Assembly: GCA_951406725.2 (NCBI GenBank)
Contig: OX597822.1
Location: 46,562,001-46,626,000 of the forward strand
Source of the DNA: Octopus vulgaris
Lineage: Eukaryota
DNA length: 64,000 nt
Direction: 5' to 3'
Both the position numbers and the translations under genes were made by a program. The notes under the pieces are model-generated. The model was not told the origin of the DNA and ran no database searches. It saw nothing but the letters and a program-made list of their open reading frames with translations. Of the stretch, positions 26,211 through 40,035 are shown in pieces. Numbering within the stretch: the first letter of the stretch is position 1; each line of letters opens with the position of its first letter.

Positions 26211-27885
26211 AATCATTCTGTTTTACATCTGCTATGTTGGAATGGGTTTGATGGATTTGCTTATCTTTATGTGTTGGAATTTGAAAAACCTCGTCTTTCA
26301 CATTTCATTTTGGCTTGGTTTCTATAACTGGATGCCCTTCCTAACACCAGTCACTTTACTGATCATATTGGGTGCTTTTTCCATGCAGCCAGCACTAAAG
26401 TAGCATCATAATCTCATCACAAAGGGTTCTCACAATCCTACAGCTCTGCTCTCTCATCTGCCTCTTTATAGCGCGAAAAGCATGAATGACATGATTAGAG
26501 GGTTATGTGATAGGGAGAGCAGTGGTAAGTGTACTCAGTATTCTGAGATAGATATGTATATTTAAGGTCAGTCTGACTTAAATGGTAGGGAGGTGCCAAA
26601 AGATTGTGAATCTGGGATAGAACTGTCATGGGCAAACTGCGATCCATGGACTTTCTGAATTGTATGCCGATGAAAAATTACTTTGAATTTTTTAAATAGT
26701 GCTGCCCACTTGGTGATGAGACATGCTTCACATGGTTCACTTCTTGAAAAGGTTGCCAATGCATGGGATAGGGCAGTGACAGAAGAATGGCAGAGGCCCA
26801 AGATGTGTGAGAGAAATAGAATAAGAATATGCTGATATGGAGTGATGATAGGTAGTACAGGTAGGAGGCATGAAGGTAGAGTGAACTGGGCACAAAGTGG
26901 TTCTGAATGGTTACCTATGTATTGGCAATGAGATGGGCACTGGTGCTAATTCCACATATAAAGCACGTAAAAAGAACCCAGTTCACTTTATAAAGTGGTT
27001 GGCTTAAGGAAGGGTATTCAGCTGTAGAAACCATGCTAGAACAGCCCCCAGCCTTACCAGCTCCTGTCAAACAGTTCAACCCATGCTAGCATGGAAAATG
27101 GATGTTAAATGATAATGATGATGGGCCAGAGCAGGGTTTGAGTGATAAGAGTGGTGGTATGGTGAATGCCAAGTAGGTGGACCTTGTAGATCCTGGACCA
27201 GAGAATAGCATAAAGGAGTGATGAGGAGGAAGTCAGACCAAGTGCAGTGGCATTCTGATTGGAAGCAATGTAGAAGAGATTCACCACATTCTGCAGTCAC
27301 ACTGGAGCTTGGTAGTGTGAGATTTAAGAAGAGAATGGAGTGATTGAGAGATGCACCATAAGTAGAGTGTGCAGTAGACAAGGAATGAAGGTCCTGGTGA
27401 ATGGCCAATGTGTAATAATAAGGTCACTGGCAAGTGAGTGCAATGTATGGGGAACAAAAATGAGAACCATTGCCATCTTTAATCTTACTGACAGCAATAT
27501 ACAATGTAATTGATAAAAGGAAAGAGTGAGAGATGAGTAATAGGGGGGTGGCATGGGTGCAGGAATGAAGAGCAAGAAAAGGCATGGATGGAGAGGACAT
27601 GTATGACAGGGATGAGTAATATACAGACAGGGTGGGGTATGTATGTGTGTTGCTAGGAACAAGTGATAGAAGGGTGAGAGGCTATCAAGAGGTCATCATA
27701 GACTAGGCAGTTGGTAGAGAGATAGTTATGCAAACACATGTGCACATAAGTACATAGATATGTCTAGTGGTAAATGCCTGTATATATATATTCGAGTTTA
27801 TATATACATATTGCTTACAAATGTCAACATATATATGTGTGTATGTGTGTGTATATATATTTATGTATATATTTATCTATCTATC

Positions 27886-27916
<31 letters not shown>

Positions 27917-29098
27917 GTGTGTATATATATATGTATAAATGTATGTGTGTATATATGTTTATGTGTGTATATGATATATATATATATATATATGTGATAT
28001 ATACCATATATATATATCTATTTGTATGACATAAATGTGTGTGTGTGAGCAAATAAAACCAGGAAGTCAATTTATATATCTTTATATATCATCATCATCA
28101 TCTTAACACCCACTTTTCTATGCCTGCATGGGTCAGGTGAAATTTTTGTCATGTCATTTTTTTTTATAGCTGAATGCCTTTCTCGTGTCGCCAGTCCTCT
28201 CCTATTTTCAAGTGAGGCAATATGTCCCTATAATCAAACATGTTTTCATGAAAGGTGGGAGATGGACACCACTTGTATGATGGTGACACTCGCTTACAAC
28301 TATCAACATACACACTCACAGACATGCAAATATACATATATAGGTATATATGTATGTGTATATATATCTATCTATATATATAGGGTGGCCCAAAAGAAGG
28401 TTTACAGTTACCATGTAGGCTCTTTAAATTTCTTTTAAAATGAATGTCTTTTAAAACATTTTATTACATTTAAATTTCTATCTTACACTTAACTAAATTA
28501 GCATAGAATAATGGTGTCATACATTTTTTTATAATTAAGATCGAAACTGTTAATATATGAATGCGAAAGAGATAGTTGAATAACTGTAGGAGCTATCCTG
28601 TATTCGCCTTACTGGCACTTATGCCGGTGGCATATATAAAAACATTCTAGCGAAGTCGTTGCCAGTCCCACCTGACTGGCCCCCATGCCACTGGCACATA
28701 AAAGCACCCACTACACTCTCAGAGTGGTTGGCGTTAGGAAGGGCATCCAGCTGTAGAAACACTGCCAGATCTAGATTGGAGCCTTGTGCAGCCATCTGGT
28801 TCGCCAGTCCTCAGTCAAATCATCCAACCCAAGCTAGCATGGAGAGCGGACGTTAAACGATGATGATGATGATATATGTTGGGGCCTTTCGGAAGCAATG
28901 ACTAAGACCTTTGGCATTATGTTATACTTGAGAAGAAGACCCATCAAGCTGAGCAAAATTGTAGTTGCGGCAGATACCATTGTCATGCAAGTTGCACCCA
29001 TGCTGGAGGCATATAAAAGCACCCATTACACTCTTGCAGTGGTTGACATTAGGAAGGGCATCCAACCATAGAAAACAATGCCAAATCAGACTTATTTT

Positions 29099-29139
<41 letters not shown>

Positions 29140-29389
29140 GTAAACAACGAAAGTAGAGTGAGCAAATTGTTTTATTACACAATTTACAGTTGTTTCACTG
29201 GCATTCAATCTCAAAATTATTGCTACTTTATATAATATATGCAACTATAAACTCGTGGTGTATCATTATATTGATCCAATTAAATGTCAGCTCACTAGAA
29301 TCCTGTTTATAATTGATTTATCAAATGTTTTATAGACAGGATTCTGAGGAGTTGGTAACTGATTGTAAAGTATTGCTTTCTGTTCAAAT

Positions 29390-29800
29390 AGAAATTGTAG
29401 TTGTGGTGCCTGTGCCAGTGGCATGTAAAAAAGCACCATCCGAACGTGGTCAATGCCAGCCCCCTTGCCCCGACTGGTTTCTGTGCCAGTGGCATGTAAA
29501 AAGCACCATTCGAACGTGGCCGATGCCAGCATTTCCTTGACTGGCTCCCGTGCTGGTGGCACATAAAAAGCACCATCTGATCGTGGTCAATGCCAGCCAC
29601 CCCTGGCCTCTGTGCCGGTGGCAAGTCAAAAGCACCTACTACACTCTCGGAGTGGTTGGTGTTAAGAAGGGCATCCAGCTGTAGAAACATTGGCAGATCA
29701 GACTGGTGCCTGGTACAGCCTCCTGGCTTTCCAGACTCCAGTCGAACTGTCCAACCCATGCCAGCATGGAAAATGGATGTTAAACGATGATGATGATGGA
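29390..29800 (+). mobile_element. RTE 3'-UTR-derived repeat (family B), representative of about 25-30 copies on both strands
   Basis: Units GTGCCAGTGGCATGTAAAAAGCACC followed by GAGTGGTTGG..GAAGGGCATCCAGCTGTAGAAAC...CCAACCCATGCCAGCATGGAAA...(GAT)n, in the same layout as 41100-41565. Confidence 0.85.
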
Positions 29801-30739
29801 GCATGATGAAGAATGGGTGAATAGGAAATGACTAAAGGATCAAGGTGTTGAAAAAGACAGTTCCTAAGGGAGCAAGACAGTAATAGCAATCATGTGCTTG
29901 CTGGTGTGTGAGAGATTGAGTGACAGTTGACCTAAGTGAGAGGTAGTGATGGCTGGCAGCCCAGAAAGTGTGATAGGATATATTGGATAGGTTATCCCTC
30001 ACATATAGTTATTTTGATGCAGGGGCAGGGAAGTGATGGTTGGTATTAGAAATAAGGAATGCTAAGTGAGAGTGATAGATGTCAGTAACGAATGATCCGC
30101 GTGAAAGTGAGTGATGGCTGTCAGCTCAGAAAGTGTGATAGCAGAGTTTATTGGATATGCTCTTCCTCATATACAGTTATTGTGATGGGAGAGGGAGATA
30201 GAGTGAACCAGGTAGAGGTGGAATACTATCCTTTACTAGAAAGGTGGTATGGTGTAGTGAAGAGAAGAGAGGGTATCAGAAAAGATGATCAGACATCTAG
30301 AACCATTCCTGGTTACACAGGTTGCATGGTGCTGTGAATAATGGAGATGAGAGATAAGAGAGGCATGGGGTAACAGATAGAGGGCTTAACCAACAAGAGA
30401 CCCAACTAACAATTCTTGGTAATTTTGGAACAAGGCAAGCATTTGTCAGGGGAAGAGGAAGTCAATTCTATCAACCTCAGTGCCTCACTGATACTTATTT
30501 CATCAACTCCAAATGGATGACAAACAAAGCCAACCTCAACAGTTAGAACATAAAGGAATCCGAAACTATGGTTGTTAAGCATTTTGTTGCATGTACTAAT
30601 GATTCTACCTGCTTGCTGCCTTATGAAACCAAAAATAATAATAATGGTTTCTAATTTAGGCACAAAGCCAGTAATTTTTTGGGAATGGACTTTGGTTAAA
30701 TTAATCCCAGTACTTCTACTGTTTCAGTATCTGTTTTGT

Positions 30740-31100
30740 CCTGCTTGCACTAGTGGACAGGTTTTATCTACATCCACATGTTGCCAATCCATTGTGGTCC
30801 TTTTGTCAGCTGTTTCAACTTCATCCCATGGCTTCCTCAGTCTCCTTCTTCCAAAGAGTCTATCTACTCCGAGTGCCCTGCAGCTCTTAATACATCTGTC
30901 ATCCATGACATTCTCGTACAAATGCCGTCTTCTTTCTTGCACACAGCTGATATTTCTTACATCTAGTTTTCTTCTCTGCTCATGTGCTCCATTCACAAAC
31001 ATTACACATCCAGCAAATTACTATTTATTGTTTAATTTCTAGTCTTTGCAACCCTGTGTTGTTTTCAAGGCCCATATATCACTATATGCAGCATTGTATT
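30740..31100 (-). mobile_element. RTE C-terminal fragment
   Basis: VQERRRHLYENVM...GRRRLRKPWDEV. Confidence 0.7.
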
Positions 31101-33084
31101 TTGTACTCAAGTATCATACAATCTGGGCAGGTGACAAACAAACAAACAAGGTCTCTTACACAGACACACACTTATTTGCAATAGGCTTCCACACAATCTC
31201 CATTCACTCACATGGCATTGGTTGGCCTGAGGCTATAGTAGAAAATACTTGCCCATGGTGCAGTGCAGTGGTATTGAATCTGAAACCACATGGTTGCAAA
31301 GCAAGCTTCTTAACCACATAGACTGTAGTTGCAACTTAGTTGCACTTGCTGCTCAAGATAGGCATTGTCTCGCAGATCATTTCATGTCTTGTAAAGTATT
31401 TGGGATTTGGCATTAGCTTGGACAAGATTGTTGTAATGTTCCAAGAAATAAATGAAACCATGTATCTTAGTTGGAGAGACAGAACTTCAAAATATTGGGC
31501 AAGTTGATTTACATGGGCAGCACACTTTGCCGTTGTTATTTTTTCATCATATGGTTTTGAGTTCTAGCTCACTACAGAGCACATTGGGGAGTTGTCTAAC
31601 CTGGGGTCAACTAATAGCTTGTGTGTGGAATTTGGCAAATGGAATTGTGTGTATGTCACATGTTTGAATGGCCATGTGAATGTTTACCTTCTGTGTTTCA
31701 ATATGAAAGTGTTTAGCAAAAAACAGTAACATTCTTTTATTTGTTTCAGTCATTTGACTGCAGCCATGCTGGAGCATCGCCTTTAGTTGAACAAATCGAC
31801 CCCAGGTCTTATTCTTTGTAAGCCTAGTACTTATTCTATTGGCCTCTTTTGCCAAGTGATGGGGACGTAAATACACCAACATTGGTTGTCAAGTGATGGT
31901 TGGTGGGGACAAACACAGACACAAATAACAAACATGTGGTTGGGAAGCAAGCTTCTTACCACACAGTCACTCCTGCACCATGTTGACTTTTCCTTTCAAA
32001 TTGTAACAGGAAATATTTTTTTGAAGATGAGTGGGAAATAAATCCTGTGAGTGTTAATGACAAGAAGGGCATCAGGCAATTCATATTCATCTATCCCATG
32101 CTACATGGGAAAATGGACAAAAAAAAAACTACAAAACAAACGATCGATATAATTATATAGTTAAAACATGTACTCTTTCTATGGAAAGAAATTTGAGAAA
32201 TAACATCAGGTTCAAAATATGGTTATTGAAAAATGATGTGGTGTGGTACAAGGTTCTTGTCTAAGGTAATTTAACTGTTGTTGCTATGATACCTGTATAA
32301 AAGATATTAAGTTCATGCAGGTGTGGCGATGTGGTTGAGTGGTTTGCTTCCCAACTATCTGGTCTCAGGTTCAGTTTCATTTAGTGGTACCTAGTGCAAG
32401 CATCTTTTACTATATCCCTGAGCTAACCAAAGCCTTGTGAGTGGATTTGGTATGTACAAAGCATCTATACTGGTGCCATGTTAAATGTACCTGTGCTGGT
32501 ACCACATATAATGGGTCTGTGTTGGTGCTACATAATAGCATTGGTGCTGGTGCCACATAAGAAGCACCCTGTACACTCTGTTAAGTGGTTGGTATTAAGA
32601 AGGACATCCAGCCATAGAAACCATGCCAAAACACAAATGGAGCTTGGTGCAGACCTCTAGCTTGCTAGCTTCTGTCAAACCATCCAATCCATTCCATCTT
32701 GGAAAACGAATGTTTAATGATGATGATTATATATATACACACGCACATACGTGTATACATGTGTGTGTGTATATTTGTCTTAATATTATGTGGTGGTTGT
32801 AAACAAGCAATGTTGTTCATTTCTTGTCTTCCATGAAAAACATTTGGCTATGGGGAAATATTACCTTACTTGGAATCAGGTGAGGGTTGGTGACAGGAAG
32901 AGCATATGGCTGTAGAAAGTCTGCCTTAACAAAATTCCATCTGACTCCTGCAAGCATGGAAAAATAGATGCTGAGTGATGATAATGATACATCTCCTTTT
33001 GCATCCACATCCACATACTGATATTAGTTAGATGAAACTTTTCAAAGCAGTTTTTTTTTACTGTGTACCTATTCTAAAGCCAAG

Positions 33085-33620
33085 GTACTTGTGTCTTAAG
33101 ACTCTAGAAATAGTTCATAGCTTCTGGTACTTAGGTGGCATAACTAGCAATGGAGGTGGGTGTTGCAAAAGCATAGTAGTCCGTGTAACAATTGGTTGGG
33201 TGGGATTCAGAGAGTTATTACCTCTGCTGGTAACAAAGTTTTCTCTGAATGTGAAGAGCAAACTGTGTCTTTGTGTTCAACCTGTGATGCTGCATGATAG
33301 TGAGGTGTGGTCTTGCATTATACAAGCAGAGGACTTGTGAAAATGAGAAAGATACAAAGGAAGCATCCTCTGTTTAATGTGTAATGTTAGTGTGCATGAA
33401 TGTTGAAGTGCAAATGAACTGAGAGAAAAACTGGGTAAAAGAGGAATCAGATGTAATCTGTAAGAGAGAAGGCTGCATTGATATGGGCATGTGATGTGTG
33501 TGGAAGACAACTGCTGCACAAAGAATTACCGAATGCTCAAAGTGAATGGAATCTGTGGAAGAAGGAGACTGAGGAATACTTGGAACAAAGTGGTGAAATT
33601 TGATCTGAAGGTGTTATCCA
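33085..33620 (+). mobile_element. RTE C-terminal fragment
   Basis: LEIVHSFWYLG, FRELLPLLVTK, MLHDSEVW and GRRRLRNTWNKVVK. Confidence 0.75.
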
Positions 33621-33689
33621 GGAGAGCTGCCACAAAGAAAAATAGTTCTAGTACAATTCCCCAATGGATTCACAATTAATGTAATTAAT

Positions 33690-34085
33690 ATCTCTTCTGA
33701 CAGAGTAACATTTTCCACAGCTACCTAACATCTACCTTTTCAATAGTCTTGAAGCTTCTCCTGTAGTTTCATTTTGTGACATTTCTTCAACTTTATTGAA
33801 GGCCTTCTCAAAGTTGACATATATCACATTTGTATTTGATTGAGCTGCAGGAGATGTTTAGGCAGCTCCTACCTGGATAGAAGCTCTGTTGTATGTTAGT
33901 GAATAAATAATTTCTTCTGAGAAATCAGCTTCCCTTGATAATTCATTCCATGATTTTACTGATGTGTGAAATCAGAAAGATAGGCCTATAATTTTTAGCT
34001 TCTGCTCTGTTTTCTTTGGATGAAGTATATTATGAATTCTTTTAATTTTGTGGGGAGTTTACCACTTGCAAGGAAACTGGTAAAA
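33690..34085 (-). mobile_element. Old fragment of the CR1/L2-group LINE family seen at 55919
   Basis: SFLASGKLPTKLKE matches SFLAAGKLPGKLKE; remnants of YRP and KAF.KV motifs. Confidence 0.7.
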
Positions 34086-35127
34086 TATGATGCTAGATTA
34101 TCATCATTATCACACATTTGTTTTCCAGCATTGGTATGGGTTGGCTGTTTGACAGGAGCTGGCAAACTAGTGAGTTGCATCAGGCTCCAGTTGTCTGTCT
34201 TGGCATGGTTTCTACATCTGGATACCCTTCCTAATATCAACCACTTTAGAGACAGCCCTTATGCTTTTTACATGGCACCAGTACAAGTGCTTTTTATGTA
34301 GCACTAGCCTCTTTACATAACCCTGAGAGATTTTCTGTGAAGGCATCAAGGCATGTTGCTGTGTTTAAATTAATTTTGTCTCATCCTCGTCATCATTTAA
34401 CATCTGTTTTCTATACTGACATGAGTTGGACCATCTATGGTTGATATTGTATCTCCCTCCTTTATGCCAATGTAATTGATGGTTACCATGTCCCTGTGTG
34501 GAGCTATAATGTCAAGGAGCTTGTAAGTGTCCAAGTTCAGGCTGATAGAGTTTGGTTGCTTCTTGTAGGGTGTATATCTACAATTGCTTTTGGATCATAC
34601 ATTGTTAGTTTTATTATGTTATGGCCTAAGGAAATTGTTGGTATTACCATCACATTATAGTTGAATTATTTTTTCTCCTTCCCTTTGTTATACACACAAG
34701 TACAGTCATTTACATACACTCACTCTCACTTACACGTGCTTGCATACACACACACATTCATTGATAGAGTTTTCAGAATGTCAGATGAAACTTTGTTGTG
34801 GCATGAATTTCATTTTCTACTTCTCTTTGTGAATGGTGTGATGTTCCTAGGAGTATATGTCTTCATTGTCTTCATGTAGTTTGATGTTGAGGGAAGTCCT
34901 CCAAGAGAAGTAAATTGATATGTTGGTCCAGTTCTATCAATATGTCCTTTTAATGTTGTCTTCAAATTTACAATCTTGATTTGTGGCATTAAATGGAAAA
35001 CATGGCTTCATATGCACTGTTAGCATGTCAGAATCCGAGTTTGAGTATGACAGAAGAATAAGAGCATGACACCTTCACAAATGTGTATGGTGACTCCACT
35101 GTGATTTCTGTCCTATCAGCATGAACC

Positions 35128-35826
35128 TTAACCCTTTTGTTACCAATCCGTACACCAAACCTTAGTCACAATTTATGTTCCTAACACTAGCTTAATGATA
35201 ACTAAGTTATTTCACTAAATTCTTTGTTATATTTAAAATCAATTGAAAGACACACAGAATATCTCAACAGAAATATGGTAACAAAAAGGTTAACAAATGC
35301 TTAATTTAACCCTTTCGATACGATACCAACCCGGCTGAAACCACCCTTGTCTCAACAGAACTATGGTAACAAAAGGGTTAACAAATGATTAACTTAATCC
35401 TTTTGATACCGACCCACCTGAAACTACCCCTGGTTCTTGTTTTCATAAGAATTGAATTAAAATTTTCCACCAAACCTTAGTCACAATTTATGTTCCTAAC
35501 ACTAGCTTAATGATAAGTTATTTTACTAAATTCTTTTGTTATATTTTAAATCAGTTGAAACACACAGCATCTCAACAGAAATATGGTAACAAAAGGGTTA
35601 ACAAATGCTTAATTTAACCTGACTGAAACCAGCTCTGGCTCTGTAGCACAAATGTCTTGTTTTCGAAAGTTCTGAATTAAAATCTTCCAGCAAACAGTCA
35701 CAATTTATGTTCCTAGCATTAGCTGAATGATAACTTAGTTATTTTACTAGATTCTTTATTGTTATATTTAAAATCAATTGAAAGAAACACAGCATCTCAG
35801 AATAAATACGGTAATGAAAGGGTTAA
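35128..35826. mobile_element. Tandem array of four TTAA-type MITE units
   Basis: Units run TTAACCCTTT(T)G.TACC...GGTAA(C)AAAAGGGTTAA and are separated by CAAATG(C/A)TTAA(T/C). Confidence 0.85.
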
Positions 35827-36577
35827 TATATTTTGGTAGGTGTATCTCTGTATCAGCTATGTTTGTCGTGAGATGAGTTTCAGTAAGTGGTGTGCATATT
35901 GCTTGCTTGCATATGTAAAGGTCTACCAGATTATTTCTATTGTTAAGTTGTTGAGCTGGATTTTCTGTGTCCGATAGAAATGAGCTGATTTGAAAGGTGA
36001 TACCCTGTACAACCCATGCCAGCAGAGAAAGCAGATATGAAATGTTGATGACGATATGTCATCATCATTTTAATGCCTGCTTTTCTATGCTTGCATGGAT
36101 TAGACAAAGTTTATTGAGGTAGATTTTCTGTTGCTAGAAGCCTTTCCAGCTGCTTATTCACCCATTTCCAAGTTAAGCAATATTTCCCCTTGGCCAGACA
36201 TGTTTTTGTTGAAGAATGGAAATGAATGTGACTCTGTATGACAGTGACAATCATTTACATCATGCAGTGTTAAATCAGGGAGACACATATACACACTCCC
36301 ACACATAAATATACATAAATATATACATACTTGTGTATTTAAAAAGGTGTGTGTGTATGTACATGTGTAAGTGCATGTATGTTTGTGTGTTTCCTCATTT
36401 TTACATTCACAATAGTTGTAAAAAAAGTGTCACTGTTATACAAGTAGTGTCATTCATTCCCAATATTCTGCAAAAATAATCATAATTGCAATCTGCTCCA
36501 TCGAAAATCCATCTTGGCAAATATAAACATAAATAGATAAGTCAATGAATCAGTGGTACCAAATAAGCAGTCCTTGG

Positions 36578-36633
<56 letters not shown>

Positions 36634-36669
36634 TAGAATAATAAAAAGAAAGTTCTTGGTAGAGTATTA

Positions 36670-39600
36670 TATATATTTGAAAAAATGGGTAGAGATGGCT
36701 TTTTGGGGGGGTGGGGTTAATTTATATTTTATTCTTAATAATAATGTTTACAGTGAGTTACTCTGATATGAGTTTCGAGCTTCAAGTAGCCATTTGTAAA
36801 CTGAAAAATATATGTTTGCTTGAATAACAAAAGATTGTTCTTACAAGTATACATACAAAAAGAAAACAAAATACAGGAAAGAGGGAATATATACAGATAT
36901 TAAATGATGATAATGATATAAAAATACAAAAGCATGTGTGAAGAACAGCAACAATGAATGGGAGGAAGAAAGAAGGCGAAGAAGAAAGAGAACAGGAGAA
37001 AAAGTGACATCAAGAAAAAATAAAAATAAAAAACAATGAAAATAAAGATAAGACTAATGGTAATTGAGAACATTGGGGAGGAGGGCTAAGTCTATCAAGA
37101 ATAAAGAAATGGAATATTTTGGAGTGGTCAATATTGTGTTCTTGTGTGGTGCCTATCTATATATGGATACACATATCCATATATACATGTACATACACAC
37201 ACACACACGTATACACACACATGTACATATACACACATAGATCTACACTACATATAGCCAAACCTACATACACACACATGCATATATCAATATACGTACA
37301 TGCTCCTTAACCTTTATACCTTTGAATGTACACATATCTGCATACAAACATACACAGAGACATACGCAAGCACATATACACTTATACATACATACACACA
37401 CGTGTATGTATATATATATATATATACACACACACATATGTATCGACATATCTCAATACATGTGCATACACACCTACATAACTACTAACCTCATATGTAC
37501 ATGTATGTATACATACCCATACATACAACCACACATATATATACACACATGCACACACACACACATATCTATCTATATATGTATACATATTGCTGTAAAT
37601 TATTTTTGAATCTGTTATTAATTTGTTCATTCTTGATGCTTGTTGAAGAATTGGGAGGTATCTTTTTTGCAGTATTGATGATGTTGTGATTTCTTGGGTT
37701 GTGGGTGATGACAAAAAGGAACGCTTATGAATTCATTTATAGTTTTCTGTTTGTTTTCCTCCGAGGTTTGTAGTTGGGATGTTTTTTACTTTGGTGATTA
37801 CTGTGTCAATTAAACAAGTTGGATATTTTTGTTCTTTTAGAAATATTTTTAATTCCTGCAATCTTTTATCCCTTAATCCTGCATCTATTACTATAGTGCA
37901 AATTCATTTTGACATTTTAAAGGGTATGTTTCTTTTGGTTTGTGAGGGATGGGAGGAATGAAAGTTCAAATATTGGTGTGTATCTGTAGGTTTGTTGAAG
38001 AAATCTGTTTTTATGGTATTTTCTTCAATTAGAAGTATGTCTAAAAATTCCATGTTCCATGTTATTCCATGGTGAATTTTATTGAGATATGTTAATTAGT
38101 GACTGAAAGATACCTAAGTATTCTTGGTTTTTAGGTCCAGAATATAAAGCAGTCATCCAAATACTGTTTTCAATTGTTTTTTTTTTTTTTTTAATAACTG
38201 GAGAATTGTTTGTTAAATGTTTCTGTTAGTTGGGAATAGAGTTTGACCACTAAGAAGCCCATTATGAGTGTTGCATAGGTGGAGGCTACTTTTGTCCCCT
38301 TTGCCATTCCTTTTATTTGTAAATAGTTGTTGAAGAATTGATTATTTTCCAGTATTAATTTTAATCCTTCTGAAATGAAGGTTTTTGAGAATCTTTTCAT
38401 GATATGATTCAGGTGTTTTGTTAACCAGAAATTTATAGCTTCAATTCCCAAATTGTGTGGGATATTGGTGTATAGACTAGTTACATTGAAACAAACAAGA
38501 ATTGTCTCCTAGTGGACACTTTTAGGTAGTTTAAGAAGTCTATATCATCCTGGACAAAGCTTGGTATCATTTTGCATAAAGGTTTTAGAACTATATCTAT
38601 TAAGTTGCTTAAGTGTTGTGTACTGGATGCTGGTCCTGCAATGATTGGACATAGTTTCAGGTCTCTGGGTTTTGGAATTTCAACATATGTTGAATTGTTT
38701 CCTTTTCTTGTATGCTAATATTTTAGGTTGGTTATTCATGGGTGTGTATATTGTTGGTTGTTGGATTGGGAGTCGACTCATTATTCTATTGTTGTTCCAT
38801 GTTGTTCATTTGGGTCTATGATTTGGTTTCTGGAGAGTTCTATCTGTTCTTTGGTTGGGGTTGTGTGTTCTCTTGTTTCTTATTATATCTGCGTATGATC
38901 ACAAATTTGTGTTTCTTTGTCTATTGTGCAGGAAAATTTCCTTTCTTTTGATGTTGTTTTGAGGTCTGAAGGTTGTTGTAGTAGGTTGGTGTTTAGGTTT
39001 TGTCTGTTTTTTTCCCATAGGTGTTTTCATATTCCTGTAGCCAGAGGATTTTTGATTCCAAGATTTTCTTAGACTTCATCTCCTCTCTGATGGTATTGGT
39101 TTTCCACATGTCTAGAAGATTTTTTTTCGATACTTCCACTGCTTCTTTTGTTAATTTTTTCATGTATATAGGTGTTATATTTTTCAAATTTCTTTTGGAA
39201 GTTTGTTACTCTAAGGCAAAGATGTGATTTCAGCCTCAGATCTCTGTAGTGCTAAATTGAGGCAAATCTTTGTTTCTTCATTTGGTTCCAATGTTATTTC
39301 TTTGCTATGAAATTTTCTTGGGAGTATTACTTCTTCTCTGTTCCTCCACTGCTCATATGTTGTTGGCTAGGTTTTCACTTTTTAGGGTCTCCAATATGCT
39401 TGTTTTCTTTTATTTAATATGTTATTCTAGATGTTTCTCATCTGGCTTTTCTTTTTGTATGCCTCCTTTTCCAAGTTGAGTTCATTCTATTCTGTGAGAA
39501 CTGAATAGGTGACCACAGATCAATAGGTACCACACAGGTCATCATTTGACAAAACACAACAATATTGACCACTCCAAAATATTCCATTTCTTTATTCTTG

Positions 39601-39992
39601 ATGGACTTAACTCTCCTTCCCACTGTTCTCAATTACCATTCATCTTTATTCTTACTTTTTCTTGATTTCATTTACTTTTTTCCTCTTCTCTCTAACCTTC
39701 TTTCTTCTTTTACATTCTTTCTTCCTTCCTTTTGTTGTTGTTCTTCACACATGCTTTTATATTTTTTGTATATATATATTTTTTCCTTTTTTGTGTATAT
39801 TTTATTTTGTATGTATACTTGTAAGAAAACAATCTTTTGCTATTTAAGCAACCAGTAAAACAATTTTCAGTTTGAAAACAGCTACTTGAAGCTCAAAACT
39901 CATATCAAAGTAACTCATTGTAAACATTATTAAGATTGAAATAAAAATTATACCCCACAAAAACTATCTCTACTCATTTTATCAAATATATA
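36670..39992 (-). mobile_element. Penelope-like element with inverted pseudo-LTRs
   Basis: RT motifs [41 protein letters not shown] and KPTDTHQYLNFHSSHP on the minus strand (37600-38650). 36670-37158 is the diverged reverse complement of 39520-39992. Confidence 0.85.
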
Positions 39993-40035
39993 TGTGTATA
40001 TATACATGAATGTATGTATGTGTATATATATATAT

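Noticed and set aside
29410-29636. CRISPR-like array (conserved ~26-nt motif with ~35-nt intervening segments)
   Set aside because: The intervening segments are homologous to each other, the array is part of a dispersed RTE 3' UTR, there are no cas genes and the DNA is eukaryotic.
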